A DNA stretch of 64,000 nucleotides from Camelus dromedarius (lineage: Eukaryota): positions 15,376,001 to 15,440,000 of the forward strand of contig NC_087436.1 in the NCBI RefSeq assembly GCF_036321535.1, read 5' to 3'. Position 1 is the first letter of the stretch. Every line of letters starts with the position of its first letter. Shown here piece after piece: positions 1-12,495 of this stretch. Both the position numbers and the translations under genes were made by a program. The notes under the pieces are model-generated. The model was not told the DNA's origin. It saw only the letters and a program-made list of their open reading frames with translations, and made no database searches.

Positions 1-114
1 TCAGTATTCCATAAACATTTATTCAGGTAAGAAAAGGGATGCTTATAAGTGGATCCTTCAGGTTGCTTGCATTCTGGATGGACCACGACACGGGGTCCCC
101 TCACTGCCCGGTAC

Positions 115-273
115 CTGAATGACGGCATTGCAGAACTCGAGGGAGTTCATGAACTGGACGAGGGGAGGCAGCAGGAGCCAGTCGTCTTTCAGGAGGCAGT
201 GCCATTCCTCGCCTTTCTCTTCTAGCTTCGTAGGCAGGGAAGAGTAGAGACCACTGAGCCCAGTTGCAAGCAC
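115..273 (-). CDS. FHIP1A: FHIP1A third coding exon (53 aa, VLATGLSGLYSSLPTKLEE...NSLEFCNAVIQ)
   Basis: Acceptor tttccaaacacag|GTG at 274/273 and donor CAG|GTACCG at 115/114. 159 nt, phase 0-0. Contains the conserved FHIP motifs VLATGLSGLYSSLP and FMNSLEFCNAVIQ. Confidence 0.97.
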
Positions 274-2567
274 CTGTGTTTGGAAATAAAAATGTTAATA
301 AGCTCTTTCCCCAAGTTCTTAACCTGCAACTAACAGCTTCCAGGTGATTCCACTGCTGCTGGGCCAGAGACTGTCCTTTAGGTAGCAAGGTAGTCAAGCA
401 TTCGGCGACAGCAGCTGGCTGGGAGGACTCAACAGGTGGAGGCAGGAGGGAAGGACAACTCCAGCAGGGGGACCAGAAGCCCCAGAGGTCTTCCGCTAAT
501 CCACATGCAGATGCTGTGCGTTGCTGATCTCTTCCGCGCCAGGCGTATGCTGGGTTGGGGTAGGGGGGAGTGAGAGAGACATGTGCAAGAGGAAGAAAAC
601 ATGATTCCAGCCCCCAAGGTGTTGAAGAGAGGGGCAAACCCATAAAGAACACGTTATATTACAACACGCTGAGTGCAAATGCAGGGATGGCCCACACTCC
701 TGCCCACGGGAGGATGCCCTGGACTGAGGCGGCCCCGTACAGAAGATCTCACAGGAGAACCACAAGTAGCTTCAGGACAAAGATTCCTGCTGACATGTTA
801 AAGTCATGATGGACACGTTGCATGGGTACAGTTTAGAAAGCACTTTAATCTCATCTCCACAAATTATAGCAAGAAAAAAGAACTGAGGGTCAGTTAGATG
901 TGATGTCAGTAGTTCAAACAGAGCAAAAGGGGGTCAAAACTGAAGCAGCAGCAGCAGGAGAAAGAGGGGCAAAGAGCTGAGTGTCACCTGTAAAGTGGAA
1001 GCCAGGGTGATGTAACTGCAATATCTATCTATCCAGTATTAACCCAAAGCTCATGAGGTTTTCCTCCTCCCTCAGTGTTCTGTTCCCAAACGACACTGCC
1101 AGCGTTTGTGCTCAGGAAGGGAGGATGAGTGAGAACTCCAAATTGTCCCATTACTCAGCTTCACCAGGATTAAGATTCATCAAGATTAAGAAAATAGTGA
1201 TGCCTTAAAGAGATAGAAATGGAGAAAAGGAACACCACGTTGAGCATCTGTTGGTTTTAGGCACTTGTGCAGAATAGGACCAAGGAAAACAATTAACTTC
1301 GCAGTGCTGGGAAGTGATGCTAGCCAAACAGCACCTTAGGGATCCTGACCTGGCAGATATGCAAAGGATGGACAGAAATGGCCCAGAACAGAAGCCAGGA
1401 AGTGATCGAGAGAAGGTGTTGCTCAAGGGTAAGCCCTGAGGTGATGAGGGACTCAATGGGATAGAAACATTCAAGAAAACATTCACTCCTGAGTTAGGCC
1501 CAGAAAACAAACAGCAAAGTGTTCACTGATCTCAGTGTCTAATAAGAGATCAACAAGCAATTATAAGAGTGGAAAAATGCTCAGACTACATGACAGAAAA
1601 TATATGTCTCTGTGGATGTTACAAAAAGCCCTTACACCAGACTTGGAGTGTTCGGAGCAGGAAATGTTCTCAGAAGTGATATCCAAGCTGCTGAAGAATA
1701 AATAGGAGTTAGCCAGAAAAAGAGTGCTGGAGGGAAAACCACTCCTTGCAGCAGATGTACAAAAGCTCAAAGGAGACAGAGAAGATGGCATCTTCCAGGA
1801 ATAAGAGAAGGCAGTACTATGGGGGTGGAGAACTAGAGGTGGAAGGAGCCTGGCAAGGTAAGCAGGAGGCAGATCCTGCAGGGTCTTGGAGCACAGAATA
1901 AAGAGCTCGGGGACCCAGTGGACAGCCCAGCAGACAGCATGTGGGGCTAACGCTCAGGAGAGGGACCAGCCTGGAGATGGTGATCAGGAGGTGCCGTGTA
2001 GATGGTACCTCAAGCTGTGCAGACCAGAGAGAGAAGGGAAGGGAGGTTGAGACACATGAGATAACAAAATAATCCGTACTGCTTGGCATCAAAGAAAGAA
2101 AGTCAGAAGGTATGCTGAACTTGGAAAAATTATCTACAAATGGCTGTCTCTCCTTTTCCCCTGTCTTCTTCCCCCAGCGTCCTCTGTGTCCCCTGTGGAG
2201 TGACTCTCTTCCCTGCATTTATTAGTTTCTCAGCCGTCTTCTCCATCTTGCATGGCTTGACTCATTCACTCCAGTCCACACTGGAGGTGCGGATGACTTG
2301 TCCAGCACAGGCAGGTATGTCGAATATCAGAGGCTGGTGGTGCTTCCCATGAGTAAGACGCCCAGCTCAACCACAGAGGACAGGCCCAGGGACTGAGCAC
2401 CTGGAGGTCCTAGTGCAGGGAAACCAAGTGACACCCTGGGAGGGAGTCTGGGCAGGGATATGGAATCAGAGCCCACAGTGAAGTATGAGGCAGTAAGAAA
2501 AAGAGATGAACAATATTGGAGAAATCAAAAGATTATATACATTTCTCTGTTAAGTTTCCTAGGGACC

Positions 2568-2675
2568 TTTATTCACTCATTTATTCACTTACATTAAAAA
2601 AAAATCACTGAGCACCTTCAGGCCCGGAACTATGTTAAGTACAGGATGTACAACAGTAAACCAGATAGTGCACTT
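2568..2675 (-). mobile_element. L2 LINE 3' end remnant
   Basis: attcactcatttattcactt...cactgagcacc...tatgttaagtacaggat resembles the reverse complement of the L2 3' tail. Confidence 0.5.
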
Positions 2676-3788
2676 ATTTCTTTTACAAAGTCAGGGCATC
2701 TGTTGTCCCAAAGGAGAATGTCTCCTATTTAAAGTATTTAACTCCTTTAACTTCAACATACCCAAACAAATCACTTTCATTACAGTTTTCTGACTGTGAC
2801 CCCGGTGAGTTGCCTGTTATAAATTAGAAACCTCTGGCAAGAGAGAACTGAGACCAAAAGTTCTCCTTGAAGGGAAATCTAATCTTGATGCCACATTTTG
2901 AAAATCAATTATGTTTGCTAACTCATGCTAAATTACCCACAGAACAAAGGCTTTAAGTCTGCATACTCCTGATTCCTTAACCACTTTGAGGCTTTGAAGA
3001 TGAATTCATAAAGACAGGCTTAATTTGTCTGACTAAAAAGCTGGGAATAACTATTCAGTATATCAATATAATTACAGCAACATTAATTTTCAAATTACAT
3101 ACATCAGTGACAGTAATTAAAAACAGCACATACCTAATAGTCACTTTTTAAAAAGAGGGCATGGCTGAGAGGCGAACAGAAGCCTGCCTGGACAGAGGGA
3201 TGGTCCAGCTGGACATGGAGCCCTGCCATGTTCTCGCTACCAGAAGTGGAGCCAGAGAACGTCTCCGCCATAGCCTTCAGAGCAGCAAAGGAACACAGGA
3301 GAAGGTATCCCGCAGGATGAAGAGTACTACGTGGTCTTAAGAGCAAGATTCCAAATCTTTCCTGCTAAATATTTACATCATCCTTTCCAAGACCTTGCTC
3401 AGAGTCAGATTTCTTCCATATATACTTCTAGAACACTAACTACAGGCCAGGCACTCTACAGCCAGCCGGTGCTGCGGAAAGAGCACTGAACAAGTCAGAC
3501 AGGTGAGATGGGGAAGACAGCTGGTAAACTAATAAACACAAGAAAGATGATTACTACACAAAGAGATGCCCAGGTTGCTGTGGCAACAGGATGAGGGAAA
3601 AGGAGGGGCAACAACAGCTCTGTCAATCATTTTTCCAAGAGTTTAATGGCACCATCTATTGATTCTTAAGCTTCATTTTTAACTTGAAATTTTAAAAAAA
3701 ATACATAGACATTCAACAGCTGATTTTAAAAAAATGCTCATCTACTATTTTAGCCTTTTATTGATCCTGACCACGAAAAAGTGATTGT

Positions 3789-4044
3789 TGGGAAGGGTGG
3801 GAGAAGGGATAAACTGGGAGTTCTAGATTTGCAGATACTAATATACATAAAATAGATAAACAACAAGTTTATACTGTATAGCACAGGGAACTATATTCAA
3901 TACCTTGTAAAAACATATGGTGAAAAAGAATATGAAAATGAATATATGTATGTTCCTATGTGATTGAAGTATTGTGCTGTATACCAGACATTGACACAAC
4001 ATTGTAAACTAACTATACTTCAATTTTAAAAATGGAAAAAAAAA
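3789..4044 (+). mobile_element. L1 3' UTR fragment, camelid type, 5'-truncated
   Basis: gggataaactgggag...gcacagggaactatattcaa...ctatacttcaa plus A-tail. Degenerate TSD aaaaagtgattgt / aaaaactaattgt. Homologous to other copies in the window. Confidence 0.9.
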
Positions 4045-4197
4045 CTAATTGTAAAACATTATATTTATTCCCAACACATTAAGTATTAACCCAATATTTT
4101 TAATGTATCTTTTTTTAAGAGTCTTAAAAAACTAATCACCATATAAACCCATAAGGATAACAGACAATTCAAAAAGCAAACCACTTCCCTGACAGCA

Positions 4198-4385
4198 GTT
4201 TAGCATGGTAGCTATCAAGACCATGGATTTCAGTATCAGACTAACGTGGTTTTGAACCTGACCCTGCCATTTACAGGCAGTTACTTAAGTCCTCTAAAGT
4301 TCAGTTTCTTTTCTGCGCTGTTGCAAGGATTAAAGGAAACACTGTGTGTGAAGAGCGGAGCATCATGGTTTACACACGGCAATGT
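4198..4385 (+). mobile_element. MIR SINE remnant
   Basis: Core gttacttaagtcctctaaagttcagtttc, then gcaaggattaaagg. Confidence 0.6.
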
Positions 4386-5682
4386 AACCAGTGGACGGAA
4401 GAAAGGCAACATGCACAGAGCAGTGAGCAAGTCAGGAAAGGTCCATCTTTAACTTTAAACATCTAATAGTACCCAGTTAATTTCAGCAAAAACAAAAAGA
4501 TTTTGAACAGATGGCTTTAGTCTGAAGCTAGCAGCAAAACACCTGGTGGAGAGCATTTGTGACACCTTGCCAAAATAAAAAGCCTCATAAATTTTAGATA
4601 TGGGATAAATAATGTTCTACCTGCAGCTGTATACCTAAAGGTTGCTCATTTCAATTTGCATTTCCTAATGTATATATAGGCTGTTTTCTACTCTTGCTCA
4701 TGTGTAACAAGTGACAAGGGCTTAATCATCAATACTGGGTTAAAAAAAAAATCAAAAGAAGATAGGGTCATATAGTCCCCAACCATTTGCTGGCACTAAA
4801 TTGTTCCCTAGGGTATCTTCATGCTCCTCCTTTTCTTGGGAAAGCCCATCTTGAGACAGGAGGCAGCAGAACCAGCAAGCTCCTCCTATCAGCCACAAGA
4901 ACAGAAGTTTGCAAAAGTGGTCCAGTTTCCTGAAGGAGTTATTATTAGTCTTCCCAAAGCCTGATGCTAACACACTTTGACAATCATACTAATTAGGGAA
5001 AGCTTTTTGTCAATTGTGGTCCTTAGCTGGATGGTTAATAGAGTATGCTTTTATCTTCAACATAAAGAGGACTCTTTTTTTTAATTATGTTGTCAGATGT
5101 AATTATAGAAAACTGGGTACAAATGAGATTATGGGATCTATCCTGAGGGGCAACTTAACACAATGAAGCTCTGTGTTCCATTCTAGCAAATAAGGTCAGC
5201 TGGAGATGTTTTTCCTCCAATTTTAAGGAACTATAAGTGTTTTAAAATGCGTCTTTATAAAAGCAACAATTACTCTGTGAAACCTGCTTAAAACATAATA
5301 AGTGGAAATCTAAACATTAAAAACATGTTCCCTTCTAGTCCTAATACATTTAAGTTTTAAAAGTATGAAGTACTACAAACATATAAAACATAATAGAATA
5401 GAAAACCATCACCAAGATTTAACAGATTTTTTAATATTTGGGCATAATTTCTCCAGAGTGCTCTTTATTTTAAAAAAAAAAAAAAAAAACATTACAAACA
5501 GAGCTAAACCCTACTCCAATCCCAAGACAGCCCCTTCTCCTTCATTTGCCCCCAAAAGTAGCCACAGTGGTGAACTAACACATATAATCTTTTGCAACTT
5601 ACTTTTTTTAACTCAACTTATTTTTATATTTATTGGTGTTCACACCTGTAGATGCAGTTTTGTGCTAATAAGTGTAATGGAT

Positions 5683-6299
5683 TTATTTTTTATTGAAGTA
5701 TAGCTGACTTACAATATTATCTTAGTTTCCACATAACTCAACATAGATTTTTGTATAGACTACACTCCATTCAAAGTCATTATAAAATACTGACTCTGTT
5801 CCCTGTGCTGCACATTAGAGCCTTGTGACTTAGGTGTTTTATACCTGATAGTCTGCACCTCTTAATCCCCTTCACCTATATTGCCCCTCCCTCCACTCTT
5901 ATTCCCTCTGACAACCACTAGTTTCTGCTCTGTATCTGTGACTCTATTTCTGTTTTGTCATATTTGTTCACTGGTTTTATCTTTTTGATTCTACATATAA
6001 GTGAAAACATGCAGTGCTTGTCTTTTTCTATCTGACTTATTTCACTAAGCATAATAGCCTCCAGGTCCATTCAATGCTGTCCCAAACGGCAAAATTTCAT
6101 TCTTTTTTATGGCTGAGTAACATTCCATTTTTATCCAAAGAAAACAAAAACACTCATTTAAAAAGATACATGCACCCCAATGTTCACAGCAGCATTATTT
6201 CTAACAGCCAAGATACGGAAATAACCCAAGTGTCTATCAACAGATGAATGGATAAAGAAGATGTGGTATACATATATGTACATACATACAGTGGAATGT
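5683..6299 (-). mobile_element. 5'-inverted, truncated L1 inside an older L1 remnant
   Basis: L1 3' end on the minus strand at 5683-6129, joined to the adjacent upstream L1 segment on the plus strand at about 6131-6299. Confidence 0.85.
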
Positions 6300-6309
6300 T
6301 GCTCCATGA

Positions 6310-6950
6310 TTCACTCATTTTGAATGCTGAGTAATACTCCATTGACACAGAATAAACCAGTTTATTTATCTTTCCCTTAATATATTTCTTTCTCTTCCTC
6401 AGATCACTAGTGAATACCTTTGTGCACGTATCCTTGTAAACATGTGCCGGATTTCCCAAGTGCAGGTACCTAGCAGTGAAGGTGCAGGATCACATGGGAT
6501 GCAAATATCCAATTTTATTAAATATTGCCATACTGCTTTCCTGAGTTATTGTACCGTTTATATTCTCAAGAGTACCTGTTTCTCCACTCCTTTGACAGCA
6601 CTTTGTTTTATTAGACGTCTAAGGGTTAGCCACTCTGAGGAGCATTATCTGGTGTCTCACTGTGGATTCAATCTGTATTTCCTGATAGTAAGGAAGATAA
6701 GCATATTTTCACACAATTATCAGCTTTGGGTGTCTTCTGTGAATTGTCCATTCATACCCTTTGCCCATTTATCTAATAGACGGTTTCATCATTTTCTTAT
6801 TAATGTATAGTATGACAAATATTTTTGTCTATTTTGAGTACTTGTTAAATGTTTTGCAAATATCTTCCCCTAATCTGTGTTTTTGTTCTTAACTCCAATC
6901 TTTTCATTATGATTCGTGCTTTATAGGAAGTCTTGATATTTTATATTTCA
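6310..6950 (-). mobile_element. Old L1M (ME/MC-like) remnant; its left part lies at about 5340-5665
   Basis: Degenerate antisense L1 3' sequence, e.g. gtgtctcactgtggattcaatctgtatttcctgat and ttttgcaaatatcttcccc. Confidence 0.65.
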
Positions 6951-6961
6951 TTACATATGTA

Positions 6962-7205
6962 TAAGGCAGTGGTTAAGCACATGGGTGCTTGAGTCAGACT
7001 GCCCAAGTTTAAATCCTGACTCTCTTACTAGCCATGTAGCCTTGTATGTTACTTAAGGTCTCTGTGCCTGAATTTCTTCATCTACAAAAAGGGAGTAACA
7101 CTTGTATCTATGGTTGTGAGTAGATGAATTAATATATATAAATACATAAGAACAGTATCTGGCATAATGTAAGCACTTGACAAATGCATTATTGTTACCA
7201 TTACT
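6962..7205 (+). mobile_element. MIR SINE
   Basis: gcagtggttaagcac...gagtcagactgcc...gttacttaaggtctctgtgcctgaatttcttcatctacaaaa. Confidence 0.85.
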
Positions 7206-7294
7206 CATAATCATCTCAGCTATTTTATATGACTTTTAGCATCGATTTGTCACATTCCTTGAAAAACCCTATTGGGATTTTAAGTCCCATTAAC

Positions 7295-8248
7295 ACCTCA
7301 CAAATTAAATATTAGAATTAACAAGGGGGAAATTTTACCTCTACAATGGAGGTATCTAGGGGTCACCACCTTAACCAACCAAGGGATCAAGCAAAGCATG
7401 ACCAATAGTGGGACGACCTAACACGTGCTGCTTGATGCAAAGCATTAAGAAGCCTACAGCATCAACTGTAAACCACTCGTGCCAAAAGTATCCAATCTGA
7501 ATTTAATGAAGCACTTAGACCTAACTTCCAATCTGCAGGAAATATGAGTGATGGAACAAGTCAAGCTACACAAGAGACAAAGCCAGAACGTGGAACATTC
7601 TACAGACAATGGCCCATCTCTTAAAAAGTCACTGTCATGAGGGAAAAAAGTGGCAGGCTGTTACAGATTAAGAGACTAAAGGGACATGACAGTTAGAAAT
7701 GTATCTTGTGGGGGGAGGGTATAGCTCAGTGGTAGAGCGCATGCCTAGCATGCACAAGGTCCTGGGTTCAATCCTCAGTATCTCCATTAAATAAATAAAT
7801 AAATAAAGTTAATTACCTCCCCCTCCATAAAATAAAATTTTAAAAAATTTAAAAAAAAAAGAAATGTATCTTGTATTGAATTCCATTTTGGAAAAAAAAA
7901 TCTGTAAAAGTCATTTTGGGCATAATTGGGAAACTGGATATTCGATCATATTACGAAATTATTATATAGTTTTCTTAGGTATAATAATAATGGTATTGTG
8001 ATTACGTAGGTGTATATCCTTATTTGCATGAGATACATACTAGAGTATTTAATGTCTGTAACAACTTTAAATGTCTATAACTTAATTTCAAATGGCACAG
8101 CAAAAATTAAAATGCATAGATGAGAAATATACCAAAGCACGACAACATATCAACAATTTTGAATGCAAGTGGTGTGTATATGGTGTTCATTTTGGTATTC
8201 TTCCAAGTTTTCTCAATTTTGCTCTTTTTTCATAATAAAAAGTTGAAA
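7295..8248 (+). mobile_element. Old L1M (L1MC4/ME-like) 3' region, interrupted by a SINE
   Basis: caccaccttaaccaa, cagattaagagactaaagggacatgaca and aataatggtattgtgatta motifs; ends tttttcataataaaaagtt. Confidence 0.65.
7710..7859 (+). mobile_element. tRNA-derived SINE, vic-1-like (camelid)
   Basis: Pol III A box tagctcagtggtag and B box gggttcaatcc, (TAAA)n linker and A-tail. Perfect 15-bp TSD AGAAATGTATCTTGT at 7695-7709 and 7860-7874. Confidence 0.93.
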
Positions 8249-8828
8249 ACATAAATTGCATTAGCTTTACAGATTGATCTGCAGGAAAAGTGTTACCTAC
8301 ACAATACCTACAAACTACAGGGCTTTCCATTTATTTCAGTCTTCTTATATGCGTTTCAATAAAGTTTTATAAATTCCCCTGTAAAGGCCTTTTATGTATT
8401 TTGTAGGTTTATTCAAAATATCTTAGAATTGTATTGCTTTTTGTAAATGGTAACTTTACAACGGCCCTGTACATATCGACCAGTGAACCACCTGAATATT
8501 TTGCTGATTTGTCTCAATACCAGCACTCCTTCTGTAACAGCAGAACCACCCCAAGATATTTCAAATACGTCCAGACTCAAACCTCTGCCCAGCTCCTCAT
8601 GGAAAGGGTCATTGTCTAATTAGCTTCTCCCTTCACATCACTTCTCAGACCCAGCTTCTCTTTTTCTTTCTCATTCCCACCACTCGTTTCTAGACCCTAA
8701 TGTGTGTCCCTACTTTCTCAGCATCTCCCAAACTTACATAGTCAGATTAAACTTCTACAAGCATTCTGATTATGCTGTTCTCGATCAAACTTCTTCAAGA
8801 GCTCTCCAAGCTGAATGTATATAGCAAT

Positions 8829-9334
8829 GGTGGTGGGCAGAGTATTAGTCCCCCCAAAGCTGTCTACCTCCTAATCCCTGAGCCTGTGAACAGATCAGGT
8901 TACACAACAAAGGGGAATCAAGGCTGCAGATGGAATTAAGGGTACTAATCAGCTGTCTAAATAGAGAGATTGTCCTGAAAGATGCAGGTACGCCTGATGT
9001 AATCACAAGGGTCCTTAAAAGTTGGAGAGGGAGGCGTGACTACAGAAGGATGGTCAGAGAGGTGTGACACTGCTGACTGTGAAGATGGAGGAGGGGGCCG
9101 TGAGCTAAGGAAAGCGGGCGGCTTCCAGGAGCCCGAGAAGGCAGGGAGATAGACTTACCACGAGAGCCTCCAGAAAGAAGACAAGTCCTGCTGACATCTT
9201 GATTTTAGCCCAGTGAGACCTGCTGGGCTTCTAACCTACAATAAGACAATACGACTGTAAACTAGTAATTTGTGCTGTTTAAAGCCACGAGAGGTTTTGG
9301 TAACTTCTTACAGTGGCAATAGAAAACTAATACA
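8829..9334 (+). mobile_element. MLT1D-like ERVL-MaLR solo LTR
   Basis: Starts gtggtgggcag...ccccaaag...ctaatccctg, contains cttgattttagcccagtgagacc, ends aatagaaaactaataca. Confidence 0.85.
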
Positions 9335-9728
9335 GCACCGTATTCCAAAGGTGCTTGGATTCAGGGTGAGAAGTTATATTTTCACCTTAAGATATATTCT
9401 TCAAGAAGAGTTTATGAAAAACTCTGCACTGTTGAAGGAGATAAGGAAGGGAGATTTAACATATTGGCACAGATGAATGGAATCGGTTCTTCACTGCCCA
9501 TTGCACTCTCAATCTGTGTACAACTTCTTATTCCATTGGTCAGAACCCAGAAGATAAGAGACGCAGGGGACCCTGAGCTTAACTGAAATTCTTTATTTCA
9601 AAATTTTTACTCATGTGTTTCCCTTGAAATAAATATTCACCAAATGCTAGGTGACCCTGGTTTATTAGTAAAAACAGGAATTTAGTAATATAAAGAAGAT
9701 TACTGCTTTTGAGCCTCAAAGCAAAATA

Positions 9729-9938
9729 CAGTATGTTACTCACTACGATTGCTATTAGCATTTGGGGCAGGTCAGTTCCTTACTGTGTGTGCTCAAACTA
9801 CTGGCCATTAAACACCCCTGGTCCCTGCACACTAAATGCCAGCTGACCTCCCTCCCAGGCCACCCCATGTCCCTTGACAACCAAACACACACCACAGGTA
9901 TTTCAAAATGCCCTTGCCCCAGGTCAAGAACTACCCAC
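9729..9938. mobile_element. hAT-Charlie (MER20-like) DNA transposon remnant
   Basis: gctattagcatttggggcagg...cactaaatgccag...gacaaccaaa...aaatgccc...gtcaagaacta. Confidence 0.5.
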
Positions 9939-10883
9939 ATAGTGTTAATTAATAAGGAATCTAATCTACTTATGGCAATTTGCCTAGCCTGTTCCAACAA
10001 AACTCACTCATGGTCTTACACACTATTTTAGCAGAGTCAGGCATATTTAAGGAAATATGGTTTATAAGGAAACATGAGATGACTGATAAAAAGAACAGAC
10101 AATGGAAACAAACTGGAAATGTTCACTGAGTTGGGAAAAATTAAAATAGCTGTGGCCCAACATCCGACAAACCAGAAAAAGATATAAATCTATAATCTGT
10201 CATTTAAATTCCCCTTCCAAAGACAACACTAACACCAGAAAATAATCAGAACCCTGTGGCACCTTAAGAGTCTCAGAGAGCTTCCACTCTCTTCTAGAAC
10301 TATGTCTGGGCCTGGCCACTCCAGCATTTGCAAAAGACCTGACGCTTTATTTCTCACCAAACCAATGATGAAGAAACTATACAGAGTAGAGTATTTCTTT
10401 CTACCTCAAACTGTAAACATGTATTTACTTCTTAAAATAAAATCAGTGCTTTCGATCTAAAATTATGACCATTATCTTGCTGGGAAACAAATTAATTCGA
10501 GAAAACAGCTGTGAAGGGTCTCACCATATGCCACGATGTATTGACACAAAATTAACCTGAAAAGCTAAGAATATCAAAAGTGCAGGTTTTACCCATCGTT
10601 CAGGATATGCTCTTAGAGAAAAACTAAAACAGGTCCTAACCTAACAGGAATGAACTCAGAAATGGTAACCCATGTAGTTCCCTCTGTTGGCTTCTTCTGA
10701 GCTGACACTGCTCAGCCAAACAGCATCTCAACTTAGACTCCTCCGCTCCCTCCGAAAGATTTCCTCTAAACATTTTTTCATAGAAGGTGCCCAGGACAGC
10801 TTGCTGCAAAAAAAGGAATTAAAAAAAAGTTTTTATCATTAGCCGGAGAGAGGGTGGGAAACAGGCCAACAAGAAGGACCTAC

Positions 10884-11510
10884 CGGACAAAAGTAGGTGT
10901 TGTCCACGATGTGATGGGCCACCATGCTGTTCTCGGCAGAGAGAGACATGATGAAGAGCAAAGCATCCCGGGCCTGCTGGCCCACTGCCCCCTCCCGGTG
11001 AATAAAGGGGATTAGAAGGGAGAAGATGAGGAAGTTGGCTGCCCCCTGGTCCTCACTAGTGTGGAAGAAGAGCTCCAGAATGGATGGATCTTTGGCAAGA
11101 ATGGAACAGAGCTGGTTCAGCAGGACGACCAGCTTCCCCTCCACAGTGGGGGTGGCTGTTCCGGAACAAGAGCTCAGCAGCATCATCAGGGGCCTCAGAA
11201 TGGGCTTGTGGCACAGCAGAGGCTGGTGCGCCTGGGTGACCAACATCTCGTACATCTTCAGCTGCTCCATCTTCATCTCATCCGTAAACTCCCGCCTCAA
11301 GCTCCAGAGGAAGAGTTTTTCCATGATGTTCTCAGAGACCACAAGTTCCAGGATTGGCCCCATGGCAGCATCCTTGGCTTGCTCTTCAATCAGCAAGAAG
11401 AGCATGTGTTCAACATAATTCTGCACAGCACTGGCCTCATCTGGAGGGATGGACCCATATTTTGCCTGGGTGTTCTTCAATGGGTCGTGTTTCTCTAAGA
11501 TTTTCACAAC
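10884..11510 (-). CDS. FHIP1A: FHIP1A second coding exon (209 aa, VVKILEKHDPLKNTQ...HHIVDNTYFCP)
   Basis: Acceptor ttggttacag|GTT at 11511/11510 and donor CCG|GTAGGT at 10884/10883. 627 nt, open, phase 0-0. Lies within ORF 10839..11588; FHIP/FAM160-family sequence. Confidence 0.97.
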
Positions 11511-12337
11511 CTGTAACCAAACCAAGCATTTGTCATCCATCTGACACTTATTGTCACTACAAAAACACACCACCACTAACTGTACCAAGTCTTCATGGAA
11601 ATAAATGCGAGAGCCACAGCCCCCAACAAGATGTATGTGAGCATTGTGTATCTCTCATGAGAATAAAATGAAGGGGTTAAACCACAGAAAGACGATGTCT
11701 GAAGATGTTCATTTACAATAGTTACAAACGCTGGCAACCTAAATGTCAAATAAAGTAGTGTGGTTATGTAAATCAGGCTACATGCATTCCTGGGCTCATT
11801 ATTATGAAGACTATTGAGCAAAATAAAAAACTGTAAGTGATATGTTAGATGAAAAAAGAAGTCACTTGTATCAAGTCAGACCCATTATTATCAACTATGC
11901 CAAAATCATGCAACTGAAAAAAGACTGAAAAGAAACATGGAAAAATAGTCGTCGTCTTTGTCTTCAAAGTAATGACAAGTTCTTAAATTCTCTTCTAAAC
12001 TGTCAAGAATATAATAGTGCTCTTTAATTTTCAAATACATTGCATAAGTAAGACTACTGGAGTCCTCCTACAAATAGAGCTGATTTGGAGATTTCAGCAG
12101 TAGAACACATGCCCTCAACAGAACAATAACCCTCCCTCTTCTGCTTGGATTGGCAGCCTCTTCAACCAAGCATCATCAGGAAGGATGAAAGGAAACTGAC
12201 AAACACGACACATACCTAGCAGAACAACGTACAGCATATGTGGAAATTCTAAAAATGAAGGATCTGAACTGTGCATTTCTTTAAGCCAGCGGGGAGAAAA
12301 CTCTGAGATAACCAATTACAAAATAAATCCCTAAAGC

Positions 12338-12495
12338 ACGGGGTTTCTGTTTGGGATGATGAAAAGGTTTTGGAAATAGGAGCAAAGGTTACATAATATT
12401 GTGAATTTAAGTTAATGCCATTGAATTATATACTTATAAATGACTGAGATGGCAAACTTCGTTATATGCATCTTACCACCAAAAAAGAAAAAATT
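12338..12495 (+). mobile_element. L1MB-like 3' end fragment
   Basis: gggtttctgtttgggatgatgaaaaggttttggaaata...aatgccattgaattatatactt...cttaccacc plus A-tail. Confidence 0.75.

Noticed and set aside
101..652. 183-aa minus-strand ORF overlapping coding exon 3 in another frame
   Set aside because: It spans intron sequence, has no recognisable homology and is expected by chance in GC-rich DNA.
7710..7785. Possible tRNA gene (also 28800-28873 and 58621-58695)
   Set aside because: A and B boxes are present, but the A-tails, TSDs and divergence among copies identify these as SINEs.
7710..7859. Exonisation of this antisense SINE
   Set aside because: The T-tracts on the gene strand are followed by GAG rather than YAG, so there is no convincing acceptor.
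10839..11588. 249-aa ORF as a single-exon gene
   Set aside because: The N- and C-terminal extensions are intronic read-through. Canonical splice sites bound the real exon at 10884-11510.
11026..11671. Plus-strand ORFs of 130, 145 and 105 aa
   Set aside because: They are antisense shadows of the GC-rich FHIP1A exon and show no recognisable protein features.
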